DNA of 64,000 nt, from the NCBI GenBank assembly GCA_007375595.1, contig VMEP01000001.1, positions 340,694 through 404,693 of the forward strand, written 5' to 3'. The stretch is from Parcubacteria group bacterium LiPW_30 (GTDB lineage Bacteria > Patescibacteriota > Minisyncoccia > Phycocordibacterales > VMEP01). This document shows, one piece after another, positions 1 through 9,451 of the stretch. The position numbers and the translations under genes were made by a program. Numbering within the stretch: the first letter of the stretch is position 1; every line of letters begins with the position of its first letter. Under the pieces are notes generated by a model. That model did not search any database. It was not told the origin of the DNA and saw only the letters and a list, made by a program, of their open reading frames with translations.

Positions 1-146
1 AACCCTGGCCGAAGGGCCATTTTACAAGGACGCCAAACAAGGCGTCCTTCTTCTTTTTAATTTTTTAATTAGTGAGATAAACGATAAAACAAATTAATAA
101 ACTAACTTTTTTGTAATTGAAGAGTAAAATGCTATAATCCTCCATT

Positions 147-260
147 ATGCCAAAAGTAAAAGGTTTCAATATCGCAAGGGAAAAATCTCGCTCTAAAAAG
201 ACAAAGAAGCGTCTTGATATAAAAAAAGCGATGCTCGCATCCCGCAAGAAGAAAAAATAA
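147..260 (+). CDS. small basic protein (37 aa, MPKVKGFNIAREKSRSKK...)
   Basis: Manual ORF below the track cutoff; TGCTATAAT extended -10 at 130-138; hairpin downstream. Confidence 0.55.
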   Translation: MPKVKGFNIAREKSRSKKTKKRLDIKKAMLASRKKKK

Positions 261-339
261 TTTATCCTTAAAACAAAAAATCCCTACTTTTTATTAAGTA
301 GGGATTTTTGCAAGAAATAATAATAAAATCGACAATAAT

Positions 340-1011
340 ATGGCAAGTAAAAGAGAAATAAATTCTCAATATGACTTAATAGCCGAGGACTATGTAAATA
401 ACCAGAGGGGATTTTTTACAGGCAAGGATGATTGGACAAGGTCTAAGTTAAAACAGGAACTAAAAAAATACAAAGGAAAGAAAATTTTGGATATAGGATG
501 TGGCGCTGGGGACGATATCAAGTGGTGTGAGGAAAATGGAATTGAAGCATATGGCGTTGAGTATTCAGAAAAAATGCTCAATTTAGCTAAGAATAACGTT
601 GCATACCCCGAGAACGTAAAAATTGGTGATTATGAAAGTATTCCGTTTGATGATAATTACTTCGATTTAGTTATGGGAAGATTTTCTTTACATTATTTAA
701 AAAATTTTGAATTGGCGTATAAAGAAATAGGGCGTGTGTTAAAAAGTGGAGGACAGTTATTAATAGTGGCGAGTAATCCTACTTACGATACATTGAAACT
801 TCAGGAAACAGATGGGGATGGCTTAATTTCCGTTAATCTATATGGAGGCCGTGTTGTCGTTAAGTTTCCACCACATACGCTAACTGACTACTTCTCTCGG
901 GAATTTTTTAGGCAATTTGTTCTACAAGAAATTATAGAATCAGAATCTGTTGATGCAGAAAATCCACTGAAAATCCCCGAGACCTTATATTTTAAGGCGG
1001 TGAAATTATAA
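340..1011 (+). CDS. class I SAM-dependent methyltransferase
   Basis: ILDIGCGAG motif I, IPFDDNYFDLV, LKSGG. Confidence 0.85.
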   Translation: MASKREINSQYDLIAEDYVNNQRGFFTGKDDWTRSKLKQELKKYKGKKILDIGCGAGDDIKWCEENGIEAYGVEYSEKMLNLAKNNVAYPENVKIGDYESIPFDDNYFDLVMGRFSLHYLKNFELAYKEIGRVLKSGGQLLIVASNPTYDTLKLQETDGDGLISVNLYGGRVVVKFPPHTLTDYFSREFFRQFVLQEIIESESVDAENPLKIPETLYFKAVKL

Positions 1012-1119
1012 GTATCTTTATTTGACAAAACACTACTTTCCTGTTAATTTCAGGGCTGGTTTTAGTCCTGTTCCAATTTAAGTTTCTAAACTTTTTCACA
1101 CAGACAGAGGAGATTTTCC

Positions 1120-2607
1120 ATGGCACAACTTTCGCCCGTACGGGCAGGAGAACCGGTTCTTAAAGGCCTCAAGCTTTTGAACCGTGGCAAGGTGCGCGAC
1201 ACCTACGATCTCGGGAGCGGTTATCTACTCTCGGTTGCAACGGACGCAATCAGTATTTTTGATTTCGTTTTGAACGCAAAGGTTCCAGGAAAGGGAATGG
1301 TCTTGACGGCTATGACCCATTTCTGGATGACGAAACTCGAGGAAGCTGGTATCTGCAAGACACATCTCGTCGCCGCGGGTGCCGCAATTGACCACTACCT
1401 CCCGAAAGAGCATCAGGGGAACGTCGACTTGCAGTCTCGGGCGATGGTGGTGAAGCAACTCCAGATGGCTCCGGTCGAGTTCATCGCTCGCGGGTACCTG
1501 ACGGGGACGGCCTTCAAGGAATACCAGAAAACCGGCAAGGTTTTTGGGGTTGCTTTGCCATCTGATCTTCAAGATGGCGACAAGTTGCCGTGCGTTTTTG
1601 ACACTCCGACGACGAAAGAAGTCGAAGGGCACGACATTCCGATGAACAGCGAAGAGGTGCGGGTGAAATATCCCGAGGAAACAAAAACCTTGCTCGCAGT
1701 CTACGAGTTTGTGCGCAAGTTTGCCGAAGAGCACGGCGTCATTTTTGCCGACACCAAACTCGAGTTCGGGTTTGATGAAAAAGGCAACCTTGTCCTCGGC
1801 GACGAAGTGGCCACTCCGGACTCCAGTCGTTTCTGGAGTTTGATGGCATGGATGGCTGAGAAAAAGAAGGAAAAACGTAAGGCGCCATCGCCGTACGACA
1901 AGCAGTTGGTTCGAAACTGGGGAATCGAGGTCGGGGTGAATAATCTTGACCCGCTTTCTTCCGAAGATGTGGAAAAGGTTCACGGGATGGAAGTCCCCAA
2001 AGAGCTGATTACCGCGACTTCGGAGATGTATCGCTACATCTTCTGGTTGCTGACTGGCATGCGCGTTGATTCCTATGTCGCCTCGAAACTGAGGGTCGAC
2101 CGGGAAATACCGGCGCGGAAGCTGGCCGTGGTTTTTGGAAGTAGAAGCGACTACGCAAAGGCGGGAGTACAACTTGCTGTTGCTCAAAAGTACGTTGGGA
2201 ACCGGTTCCTCGGAAAGCTCGACGTTCATGTTTTGAGTTGCCACAGGAACCCGTTGTATCTCGTTGAGTTTGCGGGAAGCGGATGTCTTGGTGCAGATGT
2301 CGTCATCGCCGTCGGCGGAAAGGCATTTGCTTTGCCTGGGGTTCTCGATGCCCATCTTCATGCAGAAGGCTTTAGAATCCCCGTCATTGGTGTTGCTCTC
2401 GGCGAAGAAGGAAGCGAAGAGTTGCTTGCGGCAGAACTCTCGATTTCCCAGATACCAGGGCAGACGGTGCTCATGGACGAAAAGGCTGGTGTTGTCTACC
2501 GCAACACCGACGGCCTTTCAAGGGCTATCGTTCGGGCGACGTTCTCCGAATTGCCACCGATGCTTCCGCGGGTGGAAAAGAAACCGGAGTTTTTTATCAA
2601 GTCTTAA
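1120..2607 (+). CDS. purC: SAICAR synthetase fused to C-terminal PurE-like (AIR carboxylase/mutase) domain
   Basis: RGKVRDTY, D-ISIFD, ADTKLEFG, DEVATPDSSRFW, YDKQ; C-terminal GSRSD, SCHRNP, ALPGV, PVIGV; SD GAGGAG. Confidence 0.9.
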   Translation: MAQLSPVRAGEPVLKGLKLLNRGKVRDTYDLGSGYLLSVATDAISIFDFVLNAKVPGKGMVLTAMTHFWMTKLEEAGICKTHLVAAGAAIDHYLPKEHQGNVDLQSRAMVVKQLQMAPVEFIARGYLTGTAFKEYQKTGKVFGVALPSDLQDGDKLPCVFDTPTTKEVEGHDIPMNSEEVRVKYPEETKTLLAVYEFVRKFAEEHGVIFADTKLEFGFDEKGNLVLGDEVATPDSSRFWSLMAWMAEKKKEKRKAPSPYDKQLVRNWGIEVGVNNLDPLSSEDVEKVHGMEVPKELITATSEMYRYIFWLLTGMRVDSYVASKLRVDREIPARKLAVVFGSRSDYAKAGVQLAVAQKYVGNRFLGKLDVHVLSCHRNPLYLVEFAGSGCLGADVVIAVGGKAFALPGVLDAHLHAEGFRIPVIGVALGEEGSEELLAAELSISQIPGQTVLMDEKAGVVYRNTDGLSRAIVRATFSELPPMLPRVEKKPEFFIKS

Positions 2608-2637
2608 TTGCCAGCAGGTTGGTAATCGAGCATACGG

Positions 2638-2671
2638 GCGGGTCGGTTCATTCTGACCCGTCTTTTTTTTT
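2638..2671 (+). terminator. intrinsic terminator after purC-purE
   Basis: GCGGGTCGG/CTGACCCGT stem followed by T-run. Confidence 0.6.
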
Positions 2672-2720
2672 GTAAAAAAACAAGCGCCCATTACTAGGCG
2701 CTTGCGTTGATTTGGAGACT

Positions 2721-3392
2721 CTATTCGTCAAAGGCCCGACCTGACATCATGCTGGGATAAACCGAGCGATGGTTCGCCCCATCCCAAGAGATGAACCCGT
2801 TGACTATCAGGTTGGTCACTTCTGCTTGATACATGTGCTCGCAGTGGTTGACGCGCTGTGCCAGAGTTTCCGGTGTGTCGTCGTCTTTGATGCACACTTT
2901 CATTTGGAAGAAGATTGGACCGAGGTCGTACTTCTCCGTAACGAAGTGCATCGAGACCGCAGAGTGTGAAATTTCACCACGGCGGAACGCCGCCATTACC
3001 GCTTCGTGAACACGGTGCCCATAAAGACCAGGGCCACCAAACTCCGGCAGGGGCCCAGGGTGAATATTGAACACCGTTTGCGAGTTGAAGTTCGTTCGCG
3101 GGTCAAGCCCAGTCACGAGCTTCAGCCAGCCAGAGAGAGCAAAAAAATCAGCCCCCGACTCCCTTGCGATACGTTGATACCCTTCAGCGTTCCATGGACC
3201 ACGGAAATGGATGAATGGGATATCAAGCTCTCCGGCCTTTTCCCAGACACCACCATTTTCGTGGTTTGAAACCACTCCGACAATCTTGGCATCAAGTATT
3301 CCTGTGCGCGATGCTTCCACGAGCTTCCTGAAACCACCGCCACCACCGTCTTTTGTGCCCGCCGCAAAAACGAGAGTCTTTGGTTTGCTCAT
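2721..3392 (-). CDS. purN: phosphoribosylglycinamide formyltransferase
   Basis: VVSN, LSGWLK, NIHPGPLPEFGGPGLYG, MHFVTEKYDLGPI. Confidence 0.85.
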   Translation of the reverse strand: MSKPKTLVFAAGTKDGGGGGFRKLVEASRTGILDAKIVGVVSNHENGGVWEKAGELDIPFIHFRGPWNAEGYQRIARESGADFFALSGWLKLVTGLDPRTNFNSQTVFNIHPGPLPEFGGPGLYGHRVHEAVMAAFRRGEISHSAVSMHFVTEKYDLGPIFFQMKVCIKDDDTPETLAQRVNHCEHMYQAEVTNLIVNGFISWDGANHRSVYPSMMSGRAFDE

Positions 3393-3519
3393 TTGCTACT
3401 CCTTTTTTGATGGGTTGTTCAATCTGCCGGCAAGTATCTCTTAAAAAAATATTTTTTGCAACCAAGTGCTTGCGCCGTCTTCTTTGAAGTTTGGTTTGGT
3501 TGTATAATGATAGCTAACC

Positions 3520-4677
3520 ATGAACTCAGAAGAACCAGTTGAAGTAGAAGTCTCCAATCAAGAGCAAATTGAAATTAAAGAAAAAAGAGCGCGAGAGATA
3601 GCAAATGGCGGGGTTTTTGAAAACATTGTCGAAGACCTATTTGACGAAAAACTACTTGAAGGGTGTATTGAAAAGACAAAAGAAGATTTTGGTGCACGTA
3701 TTAAAAACGCGCATTTTGAAGCAAAAGAAAAAGATTGGGAAATATTAACCGCAATACGATTATTTCATCTTGATACAGCAGAGCATTGTGTTCGTACCCT
3801 TGAAATTCTTTCACATAAAATACACGAAACTCTTACTCGTCCTGATGGAGGGAGTGTTAATCTCGACACAAACATTATTGCTGAAAATATAACCATTGAA
3901 GAATTTTTACGCGCAGCGTTACTTCATGATGTTGGTAAAATCATAGTTCCACGCTCAATTCTAGATAACCCTCTTTCGAATACTAATTGGTGGCAAGTAT
4001 TAAGCTTGGCGATTAATTCAGAAGGAGAAGACTCTGATTTAATTCGAAATCATATTGCTAAACTTTCCGGCGCTCCTTTTAATATCGATACATACAGAAA
4101 AGATCTCGATTCTCATGATGTGCGACCAATTCAGGTTTGTCCTGTTGATGTGATTCTTCCGCCAGAAGATATTTCTGATTTGGCTAAGCGCGGATTTACC
4201 AAAGAAAATACTATTTTGGAAATAATAATGGCACATGAGGAAGAATCACGTAGGATTTTAGAGGCGAGTGGTTTTCCTGTTGAGGCAAAACTTGCCAGTA
4301 TGCATCATAATTATTTACATAGAGATATTGGTGGGCAAAATTCTTCAGTTGAAGCTCTTCGTGTTGGGGCGGACGTTGTCGGTATTTCTATGGCAGATAT
4401 TATTCATCTCGCCGATGTTACCGACGCTCTTGTGAGTTCGCGCTCATACAAAGGGCCAATGCCAATATCGAAAGTACTCACTATTTTAATTCAACACGCA
4501 AATAGCGGTAAGGTTGGTAAAGAGATGACATATATGTGGATAAAAAGTGAGCTTTCAAAAAATAAAATTTCTGAAGACGAAAAAATGCAGTTTGCGGATG
4601 ATTTTAAAGAAATAAATTTATTTTTATCTAAGCAAGAAAAAGAAGCGCAAGTGGAGTTTATGGCGGAGGCAGCCTAA
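3520..4677 (+). CDS. HD / HD-GYP-like phosphohydrolase
   Basis: TAEHC, AALLHDVGK, HH, IHLADVTDAL..RSYK. Confidence 0.75.
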   Translation: MNSEEPVEVEVSNQEQIEIKEKRAREIANGGVFENIVEDLFDEKLLEGCIEKTKEDFGARIKNAHFEAKEKDWEILTAIRLFHLDTAEHCVRTLEILSHKIHETLTRPDGGSVNLDTNIIAENITIEEFLRAALLHDVGKIIVPRSILDNPLSNTNWWQVLSLAINSEGEDSDLIRNHIAKLSGAPFNIDTYRKDLDSHDVRPIQVCPVDVILPPEDISDLAKRGFTKENTILEIIMAHEEESRRILEASGFPVEAKLASMHHNYLHRDIGGQNSSVEALRVGADVVGISMADIIHLADVTDALVSSRSYKGPMPISKVLTILIQHANSGKVGKEMTYMWIKSELSKNKISEDEKMQFADDFKEINLFLSKQEKEAQVEFMAEAA

Positions 4678-4770
4678 AAATTATTCTAGACATTATGTTT
4701 AATATGTTTCATACTACCGAAAGTGACGTTCTTATGCATTGAATTTTATTTATTAAAAAGGGGGGCTACG

Positions 4771-5205
4771 ATGAGACGGCGAAGTTTTGACAGGAAGGTT
4801 TATCTCCTGGTGTTTGGATTTAATGACGATGAATGGGCCCATAGCGTCGAAGGGGAAAAATGTAGGCGTTGGTGCAAGGATTTAGGGTTTAGTGTTGAAA
4901 TTAAAGTGACCCCTTCCGTTGTTGAAACCATTAAGCACATAAGAGAACATAAAATGCTTGATTTGGTTTATTTTAGCGACAACAAGTCGTCTTCGCGCGG
5001 AGACCATGCCCTCTCTGATGCTATGGCTATTGCTCAGGTATTGAGCGAACATAGCCATAAACCATGGGTTGCCATTGCTCCAGTTTTCGATTACCTTTCC
5101 ACCGTATTTCGAGTGAGAGATGTCGTGGTTGGAGAGGGAGATCTTTTGAGTGTTGTTTGGTCGCGGTGGATGTCACTTGTGAAAGGATACAGACAAACAC
5201 CCTGA
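4771..5205 (+). CDS. hypothetical protein
   Basis: ORF with AAGGGGG SD before ATG 4771. Confidence 0.5.
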   Translation: MRRRSFDRKVYLLVFGFNDDEWAHSVEGEKCRRWCKDLGFSVEIKVTPSVVETIKHIREHKMLDLVYFSDNKSSSRGDHALSDAMAIAQVLSEHSHKPWVAIAPVFDYLSTVFRVRDVVVGEGDLLSVVWSRWMSLVKGYRQTP

Positions 5206-5303
5206 CCACCCTTAAAGTGGCCTCGCGAAAGCAGTGCCACTTTTTGTTTTTTTGGATTAGTTAATAGGGGATAATATTATCCTATTTAATTTATAATGTA
5301 AAA

Positions 5304-5753
5304 ATGACTTTATATTTTGCTTACGGTTCAAATCAAGACGAAAATCAAATGAGAGACAGATGTCCTTGTTCTAAACTTATTGGAAAAGCCGTATTGAAAG
5401 ACTATAAGCTTGCTTACACTTTTAAATGTTTAACACACCAAACTGGTTGTGCAGATATTTTAAAAAGTAAAGGAGATGAAGTTTGGGGTTTGTTGTATGA
5501 GGTTTGTGAATGCGACTTAAAAAGACTTGATGGTTTTGAAAAACATCCTGCTGGTTATCGGAGGTTTGCAGTGACTGTTCTAGACGAGTTTGGTAAGGAA
5601 AGAGAAGCGGAGGTTTATGAGGTTGTTTCAAAAATTGAAGGAGATGTCGCCCCATCTCGAAAGTATCACGATATCTTAATTAATGCCTCGGAGAAATATA
5701 ATTTCCCAGAGTCGTATAAAAAATTTCTTAAGTCTTTTAGGGTTGATAAGTAG
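5304..5753 (+). CDS. gamma-glutamylcyclotransferase (AIG2-like) family protein
   Basis: YFAYGSN, VWGLLY, LDGFE motifs. Confidence 0.85.
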   Translation: MTLYFAYGSNQDENQMRDRCPCSKLIGKAVLKDYKLAYTFKCLTHQTGCADILKSKGDEVWGLLYEVCECDLKRLDGFEKHPAGYRRFAVTVLDEFGKEREAEVYEVVSKIEGDVAPSRKYHDILINASEKYNFPESYKKFLKSFRVDK

Positions 5754-5816
5754 TTATCTTTAGTCTGTCTTTTGGTTGTCCACAAAAATAATTTGTGTTC
5801 TTTGTGGTATATTTTA

Positions 5817-7139
5817 ATGATGTTGTTTTTTCTAAAAAGAAAAGCTGCTCTTCTTGGAACACTAGTTGTTGTTTTAATTTTTGCTGGCGTTGGATATTAT
5901 AAATATTCACATCCCGCCGTTGCGCCGGTCACCTACAAAACTCCCGAGGAGTCGAATGTTTTTGTTCGTTTCGACATGGAGGCCTACGATATAATTTCAA
6001 AAAATTATTGGAATAAGATGAAAGATGAAGATATCGCAACATTATTCCAGCTATCTATTCAAAAAGCCCAAAATTCTTCAACTACGCCAGCGCTTATAAC
6101 AAAAGACAGGGCTGGTGTGGCTAAAATGGTTTCAGACGCAATAACTGCCATCCCAACAGACGAAGAAAAAAAGAAATTTGCTCTCAACACACTAGTAATC
6201 GCAACCTACAATCTTCAGCCTGTAAACAGGAACGGAATTCTTTCTTCAAAAGAAGAAACCTCCTTTAGGCAAAATGTCAGTAATATTAATCCCGAGAAAG
6301 ACCTTTATAAAGATCTTGGGATAGAGAAGGGGGCGACAAACGAGGTCATTGAACAGGCCTATAAAGAAAAGGTTGCGGTGCTTGAAAAAGCGACAACATC
6401 AGAAGCTAAAGAAGAATTAAAACAAGTTGCTTATGCGCGGGAGGTTCTTACAAATCAAAACTCAAAAGCACTTTATGATGAAAAACAAATAGAACCAACC
6501 GTTTTTAAGCGACTTATTGGAAATACAATGTATCTTTCAATTAGTAAAATTTCCCCAACAACTTTACAAGAATTTGGTATTGCTGTTGATAGTGCAAGTA
6601 CGACGCCAAGACTTGATAGCATGATAATTGATTTTCGAGGGAACATTGGTGGTTCTTTAGATTTCCTAAAGTACTTTCTAGGACTTTTTGTTGGGGAAAA
6701 ACAATATGCGTTTGATTTGTTTCATCAAGGAGATTATCAAGTAGAACGCACAGTTTTGGCAAAATTTGATCAGCTAGAGCGTTATAAAGAAATCGCAATT
6801 TTGACCGACAACATGACGCAATCAACCGCGGAATTAACTACGGCAACTTTTAAACGTTTTAATTTAGCCGGCGTTGTTGGGGGTACTACTCGCGGATGGG
6901 GAACCGTGGAAAACACTTACCCAATTGAAACTGTTATCGGAGAAGGTGAAAAATATTCTATTCTTTTGGTAAACAACATAACCTTGCGTGACGATAATCA
7001 ACCAATAGAAGGTCGTGGTGTCGATCCAGATATAGATATTAAGAATCCAAAGTGGAAAAGCGACCTCTCGAGGGTTTTTAGAAACCAATCCTTAATTGAG
7101 GCTATTTTAAAGACTGCGACAGTGGAACCATTGAGGTAG
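5817..7139 (+). CDS. S41-family peptidase with internal J-like domain and N-terminal TM
   Basis: IIDFRGNIGG, TQSTAE, VVGGTTRGWG, IEGRGVDPDI; DLYKDLGIEKGAT..AY..VL..YD J-like segment. Confidence 0.7.
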   Translation: MMLFFLKRKAALLGTLVVVLIFAGVGYYKYSHPAVAPVTYKTPEESNVFVRFDMEAYDIISKNYWNKMKDEDIATLFQLSIQKAQNSSTTPALITKDRAGVAKMVSDAITAIPTDEEKKKFALNTLVIATYNLQPVNRNGILSSKEETSFRQNVSNINPEKDLYKDLGIEKGATNEVIEQAYKEKVAVLEKATTSEAKEELKQVAYAREVLTNQNSKALYDEKQIEPTVFKRLIGNTMYLSISKISPTTLQEFGIAVDSASTTPRLDSMIIDFRGNIGGSLDFLKYFLGLFVGEKQYAFDLFHQGDYQVERTVLAKFDQLERYKEIAILTDNMTQSTAELTTATFKRFNLAGVVGGTTRGWGTVENTYPIETVIGEGEKYSILLVNNITLRDDNQPIEGRGVDPDIDIKNPKWKSDLSRVFRNQSLIEAILKTATVEPLR

Positions 7140-7175
7140 AATTTACTTTTTCTATCTTCGGGTTAAAATAGACAG

Positions 7176-7421
7176 ATGGATAATAATACTGAAGAATTTA
7201 AGGTTTCTGGCGATGAAGTTATTAAAACTGTTAAGGACCTTGTTAAAAAGGGCAACGCTAGACGCATAATAATTAAAAACGAAGAAGGAAAAGTGTTGAT
7301 TGAGGTGCCTCTTACTATTGGTGCAGTCGGGGCAATTTTGGCTCCAGCGCTTGCAGCTGTCGGCACAATTGCCGCTCTCGTGACAAAATGCACTATTGTT
7401 GTTGAGAAAAAAGCAGAATAA
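7176..7421 (+). CDS. DUF4342-like small protein
   Basis: VKDLVKKGNARRIIIK..EVPLTIGAVGAILAP..CTIVVE pattern. Confidence 0.75.
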   Translation: MDNNTEEFKVSGDEVIKTVKDLVKKGNARRIIIKNEEGKVLIEVPLTIGAVGAILAPALAAVGTIAALVTKCTIVVEKKAE

Positions 7422-7580
7422 TCTGAGGGGGTTAGTTTTAAAAAATTAATATTTTTTTAAATAACGTTTTAAGTAATCCTAAAACGTTATTTTTTAGTAA
7501 AAAAACTTCTTGTCAATATTTCATTTTTAAAATGACCTGCTATACTGCTGACTTCGTTATTGGTAAAAAAGTTTTTTCAC

Positions 7581-8156
7581 ATGCAATATACTCAAAAAAT
7601 CAAAGAAGCCATCCGTGTTGCGATCAGGATTCACGAAATAGATCAAAAACAAAAACGGAAAGGCAAAGATATCCCATACATAACACACCCGCTTGTTGTT
7701 GGCCTTATTCTTGCTAGAATTTCAAAAGACGAAGATGTTGTTGTTGCTGGAATATTGCACGATACCGTTGAGGATAGCGTTGATGAAAAGAAATTTACCA
7801 TTGGAATGATAAAAAAACGCTTTGGCGAAGAGGTTTCAAGGATGGTTGACGACGTTACCGAGAAAAATAGGCATGTTCCATGGCTTGAGCGTAAAAAACA
7901 GAATGTTAAGAAAATAGCCACTCTTCCTAAAAACTCGCTTTTAATAAAAGCTGCTGACACTGTGGCAAATTGTACTGAATTAATTTCCGATTTTCGTAGA
8001 GAAGGGGACGATACTTTTCGCAGATTCAATGTTCCTAAAGAAAATCTTATCGAACATTACGTTGAGATTATTGAAGCGATAAAAAAGGCTTGGCCAACAC
8101 ATCCTTTGCGAAGCGATCTTGATTACCACGTCTCTGAATTGAGGGCGATGTTTTAA
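7581..8156 (+). CDS. HD-domain (RelA/SpoT hydrolase-like) protein
   Basis: H..QKRK..PYITHP, AGILHDTVED, IKAAD. Confidence 0.8.
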   Translation: MQYTQKIKEAIRVAIRIHEIDQKQKRKGKDIPYITHPLVVGLILARISKDEDVVVAGILHDTVEDSVDEKKFTIGMIKKRFGEEVSRMVDDVTEKNRHVPWLERKKQNVKKIATLPKNSLLIKAADTVANCTELISDFRREGDDTFRRFNVPKENLIEHYVEIIEAIKKAWPTHPLRSDLDYHVSELRAMF

Positions 8157-8359
8157 TTTTTTATGTTGCCCACGTGTTTCTGGGGAACATTGACATATTT
8201 CTACGTTTAAGGCTTAATACTCGAAGTTCTTTAATATTTTTTTGGTCATAGTTAAAAGGTACTGAATTTTTTGGTGTTTCTTAGCTATGACCAAAATGGT
8301 CTGGTCCGGCTCGTGGGTAGCGAGGGTATTAATCGGCAATTAGCCGAGAGGAGAATTTT

Positions 8360-9031
8360 ATGGGGCGAATCAACGAACTTAACGATTTCACTCGGGGTCA
8401 ACTAGACGCCGCTTTGATGAAAATCGGGCAAGATGCTGGCATGGGAACAGCAGAAGGTATCCGTGCGTTTCTTCGCGGCGAACTCTCGATTTCCTCACCA
8501 CCTCGTTCGTGGCGTGAGGAAGACGGTGTCATCTACTTCAGCGTCACCCCTGATGGTGCGGACGGCGAAACTTGGATTACCTTACTAGAAGGCAATATTT
8601 TTCTTGTCGAATACTGTGCTAAAGAGGTACTCCGTTCGCCTTCTTTCAAGTCGACCAATGGCGTGACGACCGAAGTCGCTGTTCTCAAGGGAATGCTCTT
8701 CGAGGATCAATGTCGGATCACCGAGTTGATTCGCGCACATGCGGAAGCTTTCAGAACGCCCGACAAGCGCAAGCTCGAAAAGCCGAATGCTGAACTGGCT
8801 TGCCTCATTCGTCGGAAGTTCACAGATAAAGAGATCGAGGCTATGGGGCTGACATGTATTGTCGCCATGCACGAACCCATCAATGACTCCGACGGCAATC
8901 CGGGCTTGCTGAGCGCGCGCCGTGACGGCGGTGGTCGCTGGCTCAACGCGTACAACGGCAGATCTGACTGTAGGTGGGGCCGTGACCACGGGTTTGCGTT
9001 CGCCGTGTCGCAAGCCCGTCCGACTGAATGA
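8360..9031 (+). CDS. probable DGR target-type protein (remote target; matching TR not in window)
   Basis: High GC; C-terminus DSDGNP..RWLNAY..RW...GFAFAVSQ parallels the DGR target at 18133; shares TCGCAAG end and downstream hairpins. Confidence 0.55.
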   Translation: MGRINELNDFTRGQLDAALMKIGQDAGMGTAEGIRAFLRGELSISSPPRSWREEDGVIYFSVTPDGADGETWITLLEGNIFLVEYCAKEVLRSPSFKSTNGVTTEVAVLKGMLFEDQCRITELIRAHAEAFRTPDKRKLEKPNAELACLIRRKFTDKEIEAMGLTCIVAMHEPINDSDGNPGLLSARRDGGGRWLNAYNGRSDCRWGRDHGFAFAVSQARPTE

Positions 9032-9081
9032 TCTTAGTCATTCGGGCGGGTTAGTTCTCAACACTAAGACTCTCTTAGCTA

Positions 9082-9122
9082 TTAGCCCTGTTCCGATCCG
9101 TCGGAGCAGGGCTAAATTTTTT
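9082..9122 (+). terminator. hairpin/terminator after 8360..9031
   Basis: TTAGCCCTGTTCCGA/TCGGAGCAGGGCTAA stem plus T-run. Confidence 0.6.
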
Positions 9123-9138
9123 CATAAATTTTACCATA

Positions 9139-9167
9139 TTGACAACACAGTATTTACAGTGTAGTAT
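9139..9167 (+). promoter_or_regulatory. sigma70-type promoter for DEAD-box helicase
   Basis: TTGACA-17-TAGTAT. Confidence 0.65.
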
Positions 9168-9451
9168 GGGCAAGTAACTAAATATCTCATTGGTTTTTGT
9201 TTTTGAGGGGTTTCCCCACAATACCAAGGCTCACACAAATCGGAGCTTTATCTAAAAAACTGGCGAGACATAATGGTCGCCTTTTATCGTAATGACCTAT
9301 AGTTTTAAGGGTAAATAACCCTAATCTAAGCTTGTTAGCTTAGACGGGCGTTCATTTTTTTTGTGAAAATGATTTAGCCCTAAACCATTTTTATTCGGTC
9401 GGGCGTCGCGCCAGTATTATCAGGCGTGATTAGCCCTAATTAATTTGTTTT

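Noticed and set aside
1-60. Hairpins at window start as possible RNA gene end
   Set aside because: Truncated; only a terminator-like stem (26-49) is visible.
1225-2361. 378-aa antisense ORF (also 17947-18795, 62321-63211, 35572-36219)
   Set aside because: Shadow frames opposite well-supported genes.
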